DNA from: a virus | Lineage: Duplodnaviria > Heunggongvirae > Uroviricota > Caudoviricetes | Reading direction: 5' to 3' (one strand) | Length of the DNA: 64,000 bases | Virus record (IMG/VR): IMGVR_UViG_3300017747_002194 | Location: 1 to 64,000 of that record | In this document: in pieces, positions 1 to 9,297 of the stretch | How positions within the stretch are numbered: the stretch's first letter is position 1 | Layout of the letters: the number at the start of each line of letters is the position of its first letter | Notes under the pieces: model-generated | Told to the model about the DNA's origin: nothing | The model's database searches: none | The model's input: only the letters and a program-made list of their open reading frames with translations | Position numbers and translations under genes: made by a program

Positions 1-186
1 GTTTGAAAAGCAACTAGCGGAAGCTAAAAGCGAAATTAAAATGAAAACTGATTACTATGAAGATAAATTAGAACGTCAATTTATAGCATTGTCGGAGCAT
101 TATAAAGAATTAACAATATTAAAAGAGCAACTAGCGGAAAAGGAAAAGGAGATTGAACGATTAAATAGAAAATTACAAAACGATTA
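1..186 (+). CDS. C-terminal fragment of a coiled-coil hypothetical protein; the gene starts upstream of the window
   Basis: Open frame from position 1 to TAA at 184-186, translating to ...QLAEAKSEIKMKTDYYEDKLERQF...LAEKEKEIERLNRKLQND; heptad-like charged pattern. Confidence 0.4.
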
Positions 187-194
187 ACCCAACC

Positions 195-325
195 AATTAA
201 CAACCAATAAATAAAAATAGGGTGCAAACGATTATAGTTTAAACTAGAGAGATTGACTCCGTTAGCTAAGTGTTCGCTCAAATAATTGAACAGCCCTATT
301 ATTAATTAACAACCAATAAATAAAA
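195..325. repeat. Exact 22-bp direct repeat (aattaacaaccaataaataaaa) at 195-216 and 304-325, flanking an 87-nt structured element
   Basis: Read directly; the internal element (217-303) begins AATAGGGTGC and ends CAGCCCTATTATT, so the termini are inverted-complementary. Confidence 0.6.
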
Positions 326-382
326 GATGAGTGAACATTTTGATAGATTTGTAATTGCAGTATTATTACTATTTTTATTCAT

Positions 383-658
383 TTGGATATTATTAATCTA
401 TTCATAAAACAAATAAATAAAATGGAAACAGTAGACTGGTCAAATAACCAACACATAATAATTGGAATAAATATGGAAACAGTAAAGCAATTGGATGATG
501 AACCCGAAGATTTAGTAGATACAACTGAATTAGATGATGATATTCAATCAAGTGAAAAATACATAGAATGGCTACAAGTAAAAATAGATGCTGAAATGTA
601 TAAACTCGAGCAATTAAAAGAACGTAAAAAAAGTATTGAAATAAAAACCCCTAAATAA
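383..658 (+). CDS. hypothetical protein, acidic
   Basis: 91-aa ORF in an AT-rich genome where random ORFs are short; no recognizable motif. Confidence 0.5.
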   Translation: MDIINLFIKQINKMETVDWSNNQHIIIGINMETVKQLDDEPEDLVDTTELDDDIQSSEKYIEWLQVKIDAEMYKLEQLKERKKSIEIKTPK

Positions 659-824
659 TATATATGCAAGAATCAAAGTTTAAAAAACTAGAAAGCCTTT
701 TTGCCTGGGCTGAGTTCTACTCAAATGGTAAAAACTTAGCTGTTCCAACTAATCCTGATAAGGAAAAGTTTAACAAAGTACAAAAACAAATTTTTGAAGT
801 TAAAAACAAATTAATTGATTAACT

Positions 825-1007
825 ATGGCACAACAAGTTAGAGTACAAGATACTTTAGAGTATCAACAACGTAGAGCTCAAATTCAAAAAGAGATTAATG
901 AAGATAAAGTAGCAATTGATAAAGAATGCTTCAAGAAATCTACAGTAGAGAAATTAGAGCTAAAGAAAAGAATTAGTGAATATAAAAAATCAGTTAAAAA
1001 GAAGTAA
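825..1007 (+). CDS. hypothetical small basic coiled-coil protein
   Basis: 60-aa ORF tightly followed by the next gene (1010). Confidence 0.4.
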   Translation: MAQQVRVQDTLEYQQRRAQIQKEINEDKVAIDKECFKKSTVEKLELKKRISEYKKSVKKK

Positions 1008-1009
1008 TT

Positions 1010-1264
1010 ATGGGAAAATGGAAACCTTACACAACAGGAGAATTAAAATTAGTTAATGATCCTAATTTAACAGCTAGAGCTATTTCTAGAATGACAGGTA
1101 GATCAATGCAATCTATTTATATGAAAAGAAATCATTTAGCTAAAGCAACTAAATCTACTAAAGCTGTTACAACATCTACAGTTAATAATTCAACAATTAG
1201 AGAAATTAATATCAATGGTATTAAAATTCTAATTGACGGTGTTAAATTAAATATTACAATATAA
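1010..1264 (+). CDS. hypothetical protein, possibly with a small HTH
   Basis: 84 aa; stop overlaps the next start (TAATG at 1262-1266). Confidence 0.45.
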   Translation: MGKWKPYTTGELKLVNDPNLTARAISRMTGRSMQSIYMKRNHLAKATKSTKAVTTSTVNNSTIREININGIKILIDGVKLNITI

Positions 1265-1539
1265 TGGCAAAAATCATTGATTTTACAATCATCCTATTCC
1301 TAATAGGATTGATTATTTATTTATTGTCTACAATGTTTAAAATTCCTAAGGAAGAAGAAGCAATTAGAAGAACAAGAACACCTAAAGAGGATGTTGAAAT
1401 TCTTGTTAGACAATTAAAAATGAAGCTTAAAGAAGCTCATGAAGATGCTATTGCAGGTAAAGCTGATGCAGTTAGCAGAATGACTCAGTATGAGTTAGAA
1501 TTACAACAAGCTGAAGAACTATTAAAAAAGTATAATTAA
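1264..1539 (+). CDS. membrane-anchored coiled-coil protein
   Basis: N-terminal hydrophobic helix (IIDFTIILFLIGLIIYLLSTMF) followed by a charged helical region. Confidence 0.5.
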   Translation: MAKIIDFTIILFLIGLIIYLLSTMFKIPKEEEAIRRTRTPKEDVEILVRQLKMKLKEAHEDAIAGKADAVSRMTQYELELQQAEELLKKYN

Positions 1540-1552
1540 AAACTAAAAAAAA

Positions 1553-2770
1553 ATGAATTTAAAAAAAGTATTTATGTTAGGTGGAGCTGTATTAGCTCTA
1601 ATTTTATTAATCAGTTTTAATCCTTTCAGCTACAATCCAGCTGGATCTAGAACTTGTGTAACTCAAGCATCAGGTAATCAGTTTGTACAGTTTCAAACAG
1701 GTGTATTTTGGGCAGGATTCTTTGCTAAAGAAACAGAATGGAGTAATCAAATTTCAGTATCATATGTAGCTGATGAAGCAGATTATGATTTAGTAGATAA
1801 TACTGTAGAAATTGGAAAGATTAACATTCGTTTTAATGATGCAACAACTGCTAAAGTATCAGGAATTACTCAATATGTTTTACCATCCGGTGAAAAAGAA
1901 ATGTTGGAAATTCATAATACACATAGAACACCTGAATCATTAGTTAAACGTAGATTATCACCTTATACTCAAGAGTGTTTACAATCATCAGCTCAATTAT
2001 TAAGTTCTGAAGCACATTATTCAGGAGGTAGAGCTCAAATGGTTCAAGACTATTTAGATCAATTAAAAAATGGAGCTTTCTTATTAAAAGTACAAGAGAA
2101 TAATACTTATGATACTTTAGAAAAAGCTAATAAAAAGATCTATACTGTTGTAACCCAAGTAGATAAGAATGGTCAACCTAAGCGTAAATTTAGTTCTATT
2201 AAAGAATATGAAATTAGTGTAGGTGATGCTCAAATTACTGATGTAGATTATCAAGAACAAGTTGATAATATGTTAGCTAAAAAGATTGAAGCTAGTACTA
2301 AAGCATCTGTTTCTAAACAAGAATTAATGACTGCTCAACAACAGGCTTTAACAATTGAAGCTCAAGGTAAAGCACAATTAGTTAAAATTGAATATGAACA
2401 AAAGCAAGCTCAAACTAAACAAGTTGTAGCTGCTCAGACTCAAGTTCAATTAGCTCAACAGGATTTAGAAAAACAAGCTATTCAAGAGAAAGCAGCTATT
2501 AAAGAAGCTAATAAGATTAAAATCTTAGCTGATGCTGATGCTTATGAAAAACAACGTGCTATTCAAGCCAATGGAGCATTAGAACAAAAAATTGAAGCTG
2601 TAATCACCATTAATAAATATTGGGCTGATGCTTTTGGTAAATACCAAGGTAATATAGTACCTATGTATCAAACAGGAGGTACAACTTCTGGTAATGGTGG
2701 AGTTAGTTTTATGGAATTAATGAGTGCTAGAGCAGCTAAAGACTTATCATTAGATCTTAAAACTAAATAA
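1553..2770 (+). CDS. membrane-anchored protein with a long Q/A/E/K-rich coiled coil, possibly flotillin/SPFH-like
   Basis: N-terminal signal-anchor (VFMLGGAVLALILLISF). C-terminal about 150 aa of EAQ/KQA repeats resembles SPFH-family C-terminal coiled coils. The SPFH core itself was not recognized. Confidence 0.55.
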   Translation: MNLKKVFMLGGAVLALILLISFNPFSYNPAGSRTCVTQASGNQFVQFQTGVFWAGFFAKETEWSNQISVSYVADEADYDLVDNTVEIGKINIRFNDATTAKVSGITQYVLPSGEKEMLEIHNTHRTPESLVKRRLSPYTQECLQSSAQLLSSEAHYSGGRAQMVQDYLDQLKNGAFLLKVQENNTYDTLEKANKKIYTVVTQVDKNGQPKRKFSSIKEYEISVGDAQITDVDYQEQVDNMLAKKIEASTKASVSKQELMTAQQQALTIEAQGKAQLVKIEYEQKQAQTKQVVAAQTQVQLAQQDLEKQAIQEKAAIKEANKIKILADADAYEKQRAIQANGALEQKIEAVITINKYWADAFGKYQGNIVPMYQTGGTTSGNGGVSFMELMSARAAKDLSLDLKTK

Positions 2771-2908
2771 TCTTTCCTTCGCCAGGAAAATCTCCAAGAT
2801 ATATTACTAGAGGGTGATTCATAAAATACTCTAAAAAATATTTTTCTGCTTACCTGAATAGTCTAATCCATACTAAATGTTTACGGTAATAATAAATGGA
2901 TTTTATAT

Positions 2909-3304
2909 GGGGCTAGCCAGGTTTTTGCTCCTTTAATTAATAACTAATAAGCAAGTAGTGAGATGTTAACTATCACTTTAATCTATGTTTTCAAGCTTTA
3001 ATAGGCAATGTTGTAATAACCAACGAAGTAGGAGGCATCGCTGATGTTCTTGCTGTTGTAAAAGGAAGCTCAGCAAAAGTCATTAAATTGACATCTGCGC
3101 CAATTGCAGAAAAATTAGAGTTAGCAGCCTAATATTGGAAAGACGGTGCGTAAAAAGTCTTAAAACTACGGAGCGATGTTTTGTACATTTTATACGCTAG
3201 GAGTAAATGTAATATTCTGTTATAGAAGAAAAAGATTAACTAAACTTGTAGAAAATTAATTATGTGAATTAGAGGAAACGAGGGTTCGACTCCCTCCTAG
3301 CCTC
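2909..3304 (+). ncRNA. ssrA: tmRNA (ssrA)-like gene
   Basis: The 5' GGGGCUAG pairs with the 3' CUAGCCU acceptor strand (one G-U pair). A canonical T-arm GAGGG-UUCGACU-CCCUC (3280-3296) directly abuts the acceptor. An internal short frame ends ...A-E-K-L-E-L-A-A-stop (3106-3132), a tag-peptide-like ...LAA terminus. The total length of about 395 nt fits tmRNA. Confidence 0.45.
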
Positions 3305-3321
3305 CTTAATATTAAAAAAAT

Positions 3322-3798
3322 ATGAATGAAATATGGAAAAATGTAATAGATTATGAGGGTATTTATCAAATAAGTAACTTAGGAAATTTAAAAAATATTA
3401 AAACTAATAAAATATTAAAAGTAAATAATAAAAAAGAAAAGTATTTAAATGTAAGTTTATATAAAAACGGTAAACAAAAAACATTTTATATACATAGATT
3501 AATTGCTTTAATATTTATACCTAACCCTCATAAATTACCAATGATAAATCACATTGATGGTAATAAACAAAATAACGATATTCTAAACTTAGAATGGTGT
3601 ACTAATAGAGAAAATACTTCTCACTATTATTCAAATAAAAGTAATAAACTTCGAGGTGCTTTTTATATTAAAGAAACTAATAGATGGAAAAGTATAATTA
3701 TAGTTAATAATAAACGTATTAATTTAGGGCATTATTTAACAGAAATAGATGCCCATAATGCTTATGTTAAATATTTAACTGAAAATAATTTAAAATAA
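3322..3798 (+). CDS. HNH homing endonuclease (NUMOD4-like N-terminus plus HNH)
   Basis: YQISNLGNL (NUMOD4-like); HRLIALIF..NP...INHIDGNKQNN..NLEW.T..EN is an HNH motif. Confidence 0.85.
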   Translation: MNEIWKNVIDYEGIYQISNLGNLKNIKTNKILKVNNKKEKYLNVSLYKNGKQKTFYIHRLIALIFIPNPHKLPMINHIDGNKQNNDILNLEWCTNRENTSHYYSNKSNKLRGAFYIKETNRWKSIIIVNNKRINLGHYLTEIDAHNAYVKYLTENNLK

Positions 3799-3804
3799 AT
3801 CTTG

Positions 3805-3813
3805 CCCGGCGGG
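3805..3813 (+). terminator. short GC-rich hairpin (cccggcggg) just after the HNH gene
   Basis: An isolated GC-only palindrome in an otherwise AT-rich spacer. Confidence 0.3.
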
Positions 3814-3842
3814 TCCACTTAAACAATTAAAAACTAAATAAA

Positions 3843-4580
3843 ATGGCAAAAATTGAAATGGATATCTCTGAATATGATTCAATGAGAGAAAATAAAAAAC
3901 TTTTAGAAGAGTCTCTAAAGCGAGAACAAGAGCTTTTTAAAAAGATTGAAGATACTCAAAAAGAGAAGATTCAAGCTTTAGAAGATGCTAAAATGAAAGT
4001 TGTTAAAATTAATAAAAAAGTAATTGAAGAGCATGCTTTAACTAGAGAACAGAATTCTAGTGTAATTAGAGAAATAGCTCATCTTTTTGGTATAGATAGC
4101 CGATATATTAGATCTGTACATTCTTATGATCTTAATAGATTATGTGATATGCTGTTTACTAAAACTAAATCTATATCTGAATCTAATATTGAAACTGAAG
4201 TAATCGGATTAGATGAAATTAAAATCCAATTAAGAGAAGATATTAAATCTAAGATTGATGCGGATATTCAAAGAAAGTTAAAAGATTCAGAGATTATTCA
4301 ACAAAATCTTATACATATTGAAAACTATTTCAAATCTTTATCAGATGATTATACTAATTTACAAAGTAATAATAATAATATTATTGAGCAAAATAATAAG
4401 TTATTAGAAGAAAATAAAACTTTAAATGATAAAATCTCTGAACAAGAAATTAAACTAAAAGAATATGAAGCTTTTTCTAATAAAATACCTGCAGTACAAG
4501 ATATTTTAGATCAGGAAATAAATTTCTGGAATAGAAGTGCTGTAATTCAACAATTAAAAATGCTTTTTAACAAAAAATAA
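3843..4580 (+). CDS. hypothetical coiled-coil protein
   Basis: 245 aa, rich in E/K/L/I/Q; no enzymatic motif. Confidence 0.6.
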   Translation: MAKIEMDISEYDSMRENKKLLEESLKREQELFKKIEDTQKEKIQALEDAKMKVVKINKKVIEEHALTREQNSSVIREIAHLFGIDSRYIRSVHSYDLNRLCDMLFTKTKSISESNIETEVIGLDEIKIQLREDIKSKIDADIQRKLKDSEIIQQNLIHIENYFKSLSDDYTNLQSNNNNIIEQNNKLLEENKTLNDKISEQEIKLKEYEAFSNKIPAVQDILDQEINFWNRSAVIQQLKMLFNKK

Positions 4581-4583
4581 AAT

Positions 4584-6674
4584 ATGAAACAATTTAATGA
4601 AAAAATTCAAGCACAATTTAATGAAATGTGTAAAACTGGTAAATTATTTAGAAGTAGTTTAACTGGTCAACAAGTTTGGGATTTATACATAAATTCATTT
4701 GAACATGATCCTCAATTTAGAGATCCTGAAAGCTCTGAACACAATTGTAATTTATGTAACAACTTCATTAGAAGATATGGTAACATTGTTACTATTGATG
4801 CAAATTATCAAATTGTTTCAATGTTTGATATAGAAGCTACTGGAGAGTTTACTCCTGTTGTTAAAGCATTATCTAAAGCATTAAAATCAGCTAAAATATC
4901 TGAAGTATTCTTTGAAACATTCACAGAATTAAATAAATTAAACTATGAAAAATGTAGTAAAACAAATCCTACATTTAGATTAGGTATTAATAAGAATGTT
5001 AAAAGATATACTAAAGAAGAGGCTGAAAAGTTTGGTGTAGTTAAACCTAATGAGATTAAAGAATTTAACCATTTACATTTAAATGTACCTACAGTATTTG
5101 TAGATATGACAGGTAAATCAGTAGAATCTTTAATGGCTGATTATAGATCTGCTAAAGAAGTATTTCAAAGAGCTATGGAAACAATCTCTTTAGATACTTT
5201 AGAGTTAGTTAAAGATTTAATTAATCAAGGTTCTTTATTAGATGGACAAACTCATTTGTATAAAATTGAGCAAATTATCCCATTTAAAAAAGAGTTTGAA
5301 ACATTGTCTTCTACTCAAAAAGAAAACTGGTGTTGGTTAACATCTTACAAATTACCATTTGCTAAATTTAGAAATGAGCTTATTGGTGTTTTATGTTCAG
5401 AGTTATCTGAAGGTGAAGAACTTAATAAAGCTTGTCAATCTTGGAATAAAAGAGTAGATCCTGTAAATTACATGAAAACTACAGCTCCTATTACTAAGAA
5501 ACAAATTGATGAAGCTAGAAAGTTTGTTGAAGAAAATGGTTATGTAGAGTCATTTGATAGAAGATTTGCTACAATAGATGATATTAAAGCTTCTGAAATC
5601 TTACATTCTAATGTAGGTAAAGCAGAAGTTAAATCAGTATCTATCTTTGATGGAGTTAAATCTACATCTACTAGACATAAACGTAATGAGTTTGATGGGA
5701 TAGAAGAAGTACCTATTGATAAATTCATGAAAGATATTTTACCAGGTTGTACATCCGTTGAAGCTTTATTATTAAATAGCCATGATGGAAATATGGTTAG
5801 TTTAACTACTGCAAATGTAGAAAATAGTAAACCTATTATGAAATGGGATAACAACTATTCATGGACTTTCAATGGTAATTTAGCTGGTAAATCTCAAATT
5901 AAAGCAAATGTTAAAGCTGCTGGTGGTAAAATTACAGGTATTTTAAGAAGTTCTTTACAATGGAATGATGAAGATACTAAAGGTAGTATTGATTTTGATT
6001 TACATTGCAGAACACCTTTTTCAGAAATCTATTATTCTAACAAATTAGATAGAACTAGTAAAGGATGGTTAGATGTAGACATGATTTGTCCTACTTCAAT
6101 TGGAATTGAAAACATTACTTGGCAAGAAATATTGAAAGATGGTATTTATAAATTCTTTGTTAGAAACTTTAGTGGTCATAAAAATCATAAAGGATTTAAA
6201 TTTGAAATAGAATTTGGTGGTAATGTATTTAATTATCAATATAATCAACCATTTCAAGGAGATATTAGTGTAGCTACAATTACTGTTAAAAATGGTGTAA
6301 TGGAAATTGCACATCATTTACCTGAATCTTCAATGTCTAAAGATATTTATGGTTTAGAAACTAATCAATTCCATAAAGTAAACTTAATTTGTTTATCACC
6401 TAATCATTGGGGAACTAATAATATAGGTAACAAACATTATATGTTTATGTTAGATAAATGTAAATCACCAGTATCAATTAGAAGTTTTCACAATGAGAAC
6501 TTATTACCTGAATTAGCTGAACATCGTAAAGTATTAGAAGTATTAGCTACTACTAATATGATTGATTCAACTGACAAACAATTATCAGGACTTGGATTTA
6601 ATGCAACTGTTAAAGATGAATTAATAGTTAAATTAAGTGGAAGCCATAAAAGAACAATTAAAATTAAATTTTAA
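4584..6674 (+). CDS. hypothetical large protein (696 aa)
   Basis: Long ORF translationally coupled to its neighbours; no motif recognized. Confidence 0.65.
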   Translation: MKQFNEKIQAQFNEMCKTGKLFRSSLTGQQVWDLYINSFEHDPQFRDPESSEHNCNLCNNFIRRYGNIVTIDANYQIVSMFDIEATGEFTPVVKALSKALKSAKISEVFFETFTELNKLNYEKCSKTNPTFRLGINKNVKRYTKEEAEKFGVVKPNEIKEFNHLHLNVPTVFVDMTGKSVESLMADYRSAKEVFQRAMETISLDTLELVKDLINQGSLLDGQTHLYKIEQIIPFKKEFETLSSTQKENWCWLTSYKLPFAKFRNELIGVLCSELSEGEELNKACQSWNKRVDPVNYMKTTAPITKKQIDEARKFVEENGYVESFDRRFATIDDIKASEILHSNVGKAEVKSVSIFDGVKSTSTRHKRNEFDGIEEVPIDKFMKDILPGCTSVEALLLNSHDGNMVSLTTANVENSKPIMKWDNNYSWTFNGNLAGKSQIKANVKAAGGKITGILRSSLQWNDEDTKGSIDFDLHCRTPFSEIYYSNKLDRTSKGWLDVDMICPTSIGIENITWQEILKDGIYKFFVRNFSGHKNHKGFKFEIEFGGNVFNYQYNQPFQGDISVATITVKNGVMEIAHHLPESSMSKDIYGLETNQFHKVNLICLSPNHWGTNNIGNKHYMFMLDKCKSPVSIRSFHNENLLPELAEHRKVLEVLATTNMIDSTDKQLSGLGFNATVKDELIVKLSGSHKRTIKIKF

Positions 6675-6679
6675 AATTT

Positions 6680-7051
6680 ATGTATAAAGAAGCAACAAGA
6701 ATTGGACTTAGATTCCAAACAAACAAAGGATTATTATCAACTGAACAATTATTTCATATTTCTCAAACTGATTTAGCTGCTGCAATCAAAGTATCTAAAA
6801 AAGCATTAAAGAAAAATGATGATGATGATTTAGGGTTCTTAGAAACTAATTCTAAAGTTGATAAAATTGAAGAATTACGTTTTAACATTTTAAAAGATGT
6901 TTATTTAACTAAGAAAGCAGAAGCTGATGCATTAAAAGATGCAGCGACTACTAAAGCTCATAATGAGAAAATTGATGCTTTAATTCTTAAAAAACAAGAA
7001 TCTCAATTAGAAGAAATGACTATTGAAGATTTAGAAAAATTACGTAAGTAA
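6680..7051 (+). CDS. hypothetical protein
   Basis: 123 aa, acidic and helical. Confidence 0.55.
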   Translation: MYKEATRIGLRFQTNKGLLSTEQLFHISQTDLAAAIKVSKKALKKNDDDDLGFLETNSKVDKIEELRFNILKDVYLTKKAEADALKDAATTKAHNEKIDALILKKQESQLEEMTIEDLEKLRK

Positions 7052-7059
7052 GGTCATAT

Positions 7060-7132
7060 TAGGAAGTAGTTCAGGAGTAGAGCACCAGATTCATAACCTG
7101 GGGGTTCAGTGGTTCGATTCCACTCTTCCTGA
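7060..7132 (+). tRNA. tRNA-Met/Ile2 (anticodon CAU)
   Basis: Manual fold gives acceptor 7060-7066 / 7125-7131 (U1-G72), D-stem gttc/gagc, anticodon stem ccaga/cctgg around loop uuCAUaa, T-arm agtgg-ttcgatt-ccact, and discriminator A. Confidence 0.6.
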
Positions 7133-7137
7133 CAACA

Positions 7138-7211
7138 TCTCTTCGTCTAATGGTAGGACACTTCCCCTTATATACATGGAAGAAATTGTGGTTCGAGCCC
7201 ACGAGAGACGA
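7138..7211 (+). tRNA. second tRNA-like element with an atypical or unresolved anticodon arm
   Basis: Good T-arm (tgtgg-ttcgagc-ccacg) and D-loop-like taatggtag. The candidate anticodon stem cttcc/ggaag encloses a 12-nt loop, so the anticodon is unassigned; it could be a degenerate tRNA or a tRNA-like structure. Confidence 0.3.
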
Positions 7212-7324
7212 CTATTAATTAAAGATTAAGTACCTCGAATACAGGTGGGGAGTTAATTTATGAACCTATAATCAAAGTATTATTGTATAAGCTTAAAATT
7301 TAATTATTGCTGTCGATAGCAAAT

Positions 7325-7350
7325 AACCACTTAGAGAAATCTAGGTGGTT
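7325..7350 (+). terminator. hairpin aaccac-TTAGAGAAATCTAG-gtggtt followed by a T/A run
   Basis: Inverted repeat read directly; it shares the TAGAGAA(A)TCTA loop with hairpins at 33113 and 53807. Confidence 0.5.
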
Positions 7351-7375
7351 TATTATAAAAACTAATCACTAAATT

Positions 7376-7732
7376 ATGAAATACAGAAAAGGAAAATATT
7401 ATAGTGTAGATTTTAGTAAAGAACTTCCAGAAGATCAGCTTGGGAAATATATTTGGATTTGTAATGAAAATAATAAAAGTCATTACTCTTTTAGAGTAAT
7501 AGAAAAAGGTTCTACTAATAGATTTAATGTTAATGACGATTCTTGTTTTAATAAAAATGATAGTCATGCTTGGTCAAAATCTAAATTAGCTACACCAGAA
7601 GAAATTCAATGGTTGAATCTTTGTATTGAACAAGATAAATATATTCCATTTGAAGAGGCTTTATTATTCTATACTCATAAATCAGATTCATCATTGGAAC
7701 CTATCTATAAAAAATTATTAAACATAAACTAA
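7376..7732 (+). CDS. small paralog family member (type 1, ATPEE-W domain) ending LEPIYKKLLNIN
   Basis: KLATPEEIQWLNLC...IPFEEALL core plus the shared C-terminal tail. Confidence 0.7.
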   Translation: MKYRKGKYYSVDFSKELPEDQLGKYIWICNENNKSHYSFRVIEKGSTNRFNVNDDSCFNKNDSHAWSKSKLATPEEIQWLNLCIEQDKYIPFEEALLFYTHKSDSSLEPIYKKLLNIN

Positions 7733-7737
7733 TTACT

Positions 7738-8073
7738 ATGAACAAATTATTAGACAAATACTACCGTATGCTTTACTTCTGTAAAGGAAAACCTACTACA
7801 TTAGGTCAAATGAGTAATTGGGAATTAGAAGGTATTCTATTACATATTGATAAATACCCTAAAGGTATTTTAAATGGATATGATAAACAAGAATACATTA
7901 ATGCTGTAGATTATATTCTTCAATGTAGAGCTAATTCTAAATCAGAAAGAATGAAAATTATTGAAACTAGGCATGCTAATAATGCATTAGATAAAGCTAA
8001 TAAATTAGCTGATGCAATACTATTAGCAATGCTTAAAACTGAACAACAATATAATAAGAGATTAGTATGTTAA
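7738..8073 (+). CDS. hypothetical protein (no family tail)
   Basis: 111-aa ORF within the tandem array. Confidence 0.5.
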   Translation: MNKLLDKYYRMLYFCKGKPTTLGQMSNWELEGILLHIDKYPKGILNGYDKQEYINAVDYILQCRANSKSERMKIIETRHANNALDKANKLADAILLAMLKTEQQYNKRLVC

Positions 8074-8372
8074 AAAAAGAAGAACTAATTACAGGAGAAT
8101 GTTATGTAAACTCTTATGGAAATATTTTTATATGGGGTATAGGAGATTCAACACATTATTTAGGTAATAGTGCTACAGAATATCATAAAGGTGGTGGTTT
8201 TTTTGATGGTGCTCAAAGATTAGCAACAATAGAAGAGTGTTGGTGGCTAGAGACATGTATAACAATAGGAGATTATATTGAATTTGAAAGGGCTATGGGA
8301 ACATTTAGAACACCAAAGCCTGATGCAGATAAAGATTTAGATATTATTTATAAAAAATTATTAAATGTATGA
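8067..8372 (+). CDS. small paralog family member (type 1) ending DLDIIYKKLLNV
   Basis: RLATIEECWWLETC...IEFERAM core; overlaps its neighbours at start and stop. Confidence 0.7.
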   Translation: MLKKEELITGECYVNSYGNIFIWGIGDSTHYLGNSATEYHKGGGFFDGAQRLATIEECWWLETCITIGDYIEFERAMGTFRTPKPDADKDLDIIYKKLLNV

Positions 8373-8713
8373 AACTACAAGACTGTATAGATGGTGAAAT
8401 ATATTATTGGGAGTCTACAAGGTTTAGGTATATCAATTGGTATAAAAAACCAGAATATCCTTCAGACTTAAATATTAAATGTTATATATCAATAGATAGA
8501 ACTAATTTTTCTTTTAATTCTGCTAGAAATACAAATCCTCAAAATATTAGATTAGCTACACCAGAAGAGAAACATTGGTTACTTTGCTGTGTAAAAGCTG
8601 TTGCATATATTAGTTTTGAAGATGCTTTACTATCATTTACACCAATTAGAGAACCAAATCTTGAAGAGATTAAAGAATTAGAACCTATTTATAAACGTTT
8701 ATTAAATATATAA
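8369..8713 (+). CDS. small paralog family member (type 1) ending LEPIYKRLLNI
   Basis: RLATPEEKHWLLCC...ISFEDALL core. Confidence 0.7.
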   Translation: MKLQDCIDGEIYYWESTRFRYINWYKKPEYPSDLNIKCYISIDRTNFSFNSARNTNPQNIRLATPEEKHWLLCCVKAVAYISFEDALLSFTPIREPNLEEIKELEPIYKRLLNI

Positions 8714-9066
8714 TGATAAAAAATGAAAATTTAATTATTGGAGAATGTTATTTTTGTAAAGATTATGGAGGACATAAAAATAATAGTTACATTCTCAAAT
8801 ACTTAGGTGATATTGACGAATGTCCGCATATAGCTAGTGAAGATAATGATATGCATAAAAATACATTTTATTTAAAAGGAGGCTTTAGCAATAAAGTAAC
8901 TAGATTAGCAACAGCTGAAGAAAAACACTACTTAGAAGAATGTATGATTCATAGTAAATTTATTCCTTATGATGAAGCAATGCTTACTTTTAATAAAAAT
9001 CATAAATCTTATAAAAATGAATCTAAAGAATTAGTACCTATTTACAAAAAACTATTAAACTTATGA
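8713..9066 (+). CDS. small paralog family member (type 1) ending LVPIYKKLLNL
   Basis: RLATAEEKHYLEEC...IPYDEAML core. Confidence 0.7.
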   Translation: MIKNENLIIGECYFCKDYGGHKNNSYILKYLGDIDECPHIASEDNDMHKNTFYLKGGFSNKVTRLATAEEKHYLEECMIHSKFIPYDEAMLTFNKNHKSYKNESKELVPIYKKLLNL

Positions 9067-9296
9067 GAGGGCACAGATTAAACAAGAGACAACCTTTGTC
9101 TCAAGCAATTAAACAGCATGCTAAATTACATGCTAAATACAAAGAGTATTCTGAAAAGACTATTCAAGAATTAGAAGAACTATTACCTATCTTAGGTGGT
9201 GGGTATCGTGAAGTATGTTTATCAGTAATGAAAGAAAAGTTTGTAGCTGATTTAAAATCTAAACAAACTGAAGAAATACCTGAAGGAGAAGCTTAA
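9063..9296 (+). CDS. hypothetical small protein
   Basis: 77-aa ORF coupled within the array; no family motif. Confidence 0.45.
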   Translation: MRGHRLNKRQPLSQAIKQHAKLHAKYKEYSEKTIQELEELLPILGGGYREVCLSVMKEKFVADLKSKQTEEIPEGEA

Positions 9297-9297
9297 T

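Noticed and set aside
2770-2908. Additional structured RNA upstream of the tmRNA candidate
   Set aside because: Only weak palindromes were seen; it is more likely promoter or leader sequence of the tmRNA-like gene.
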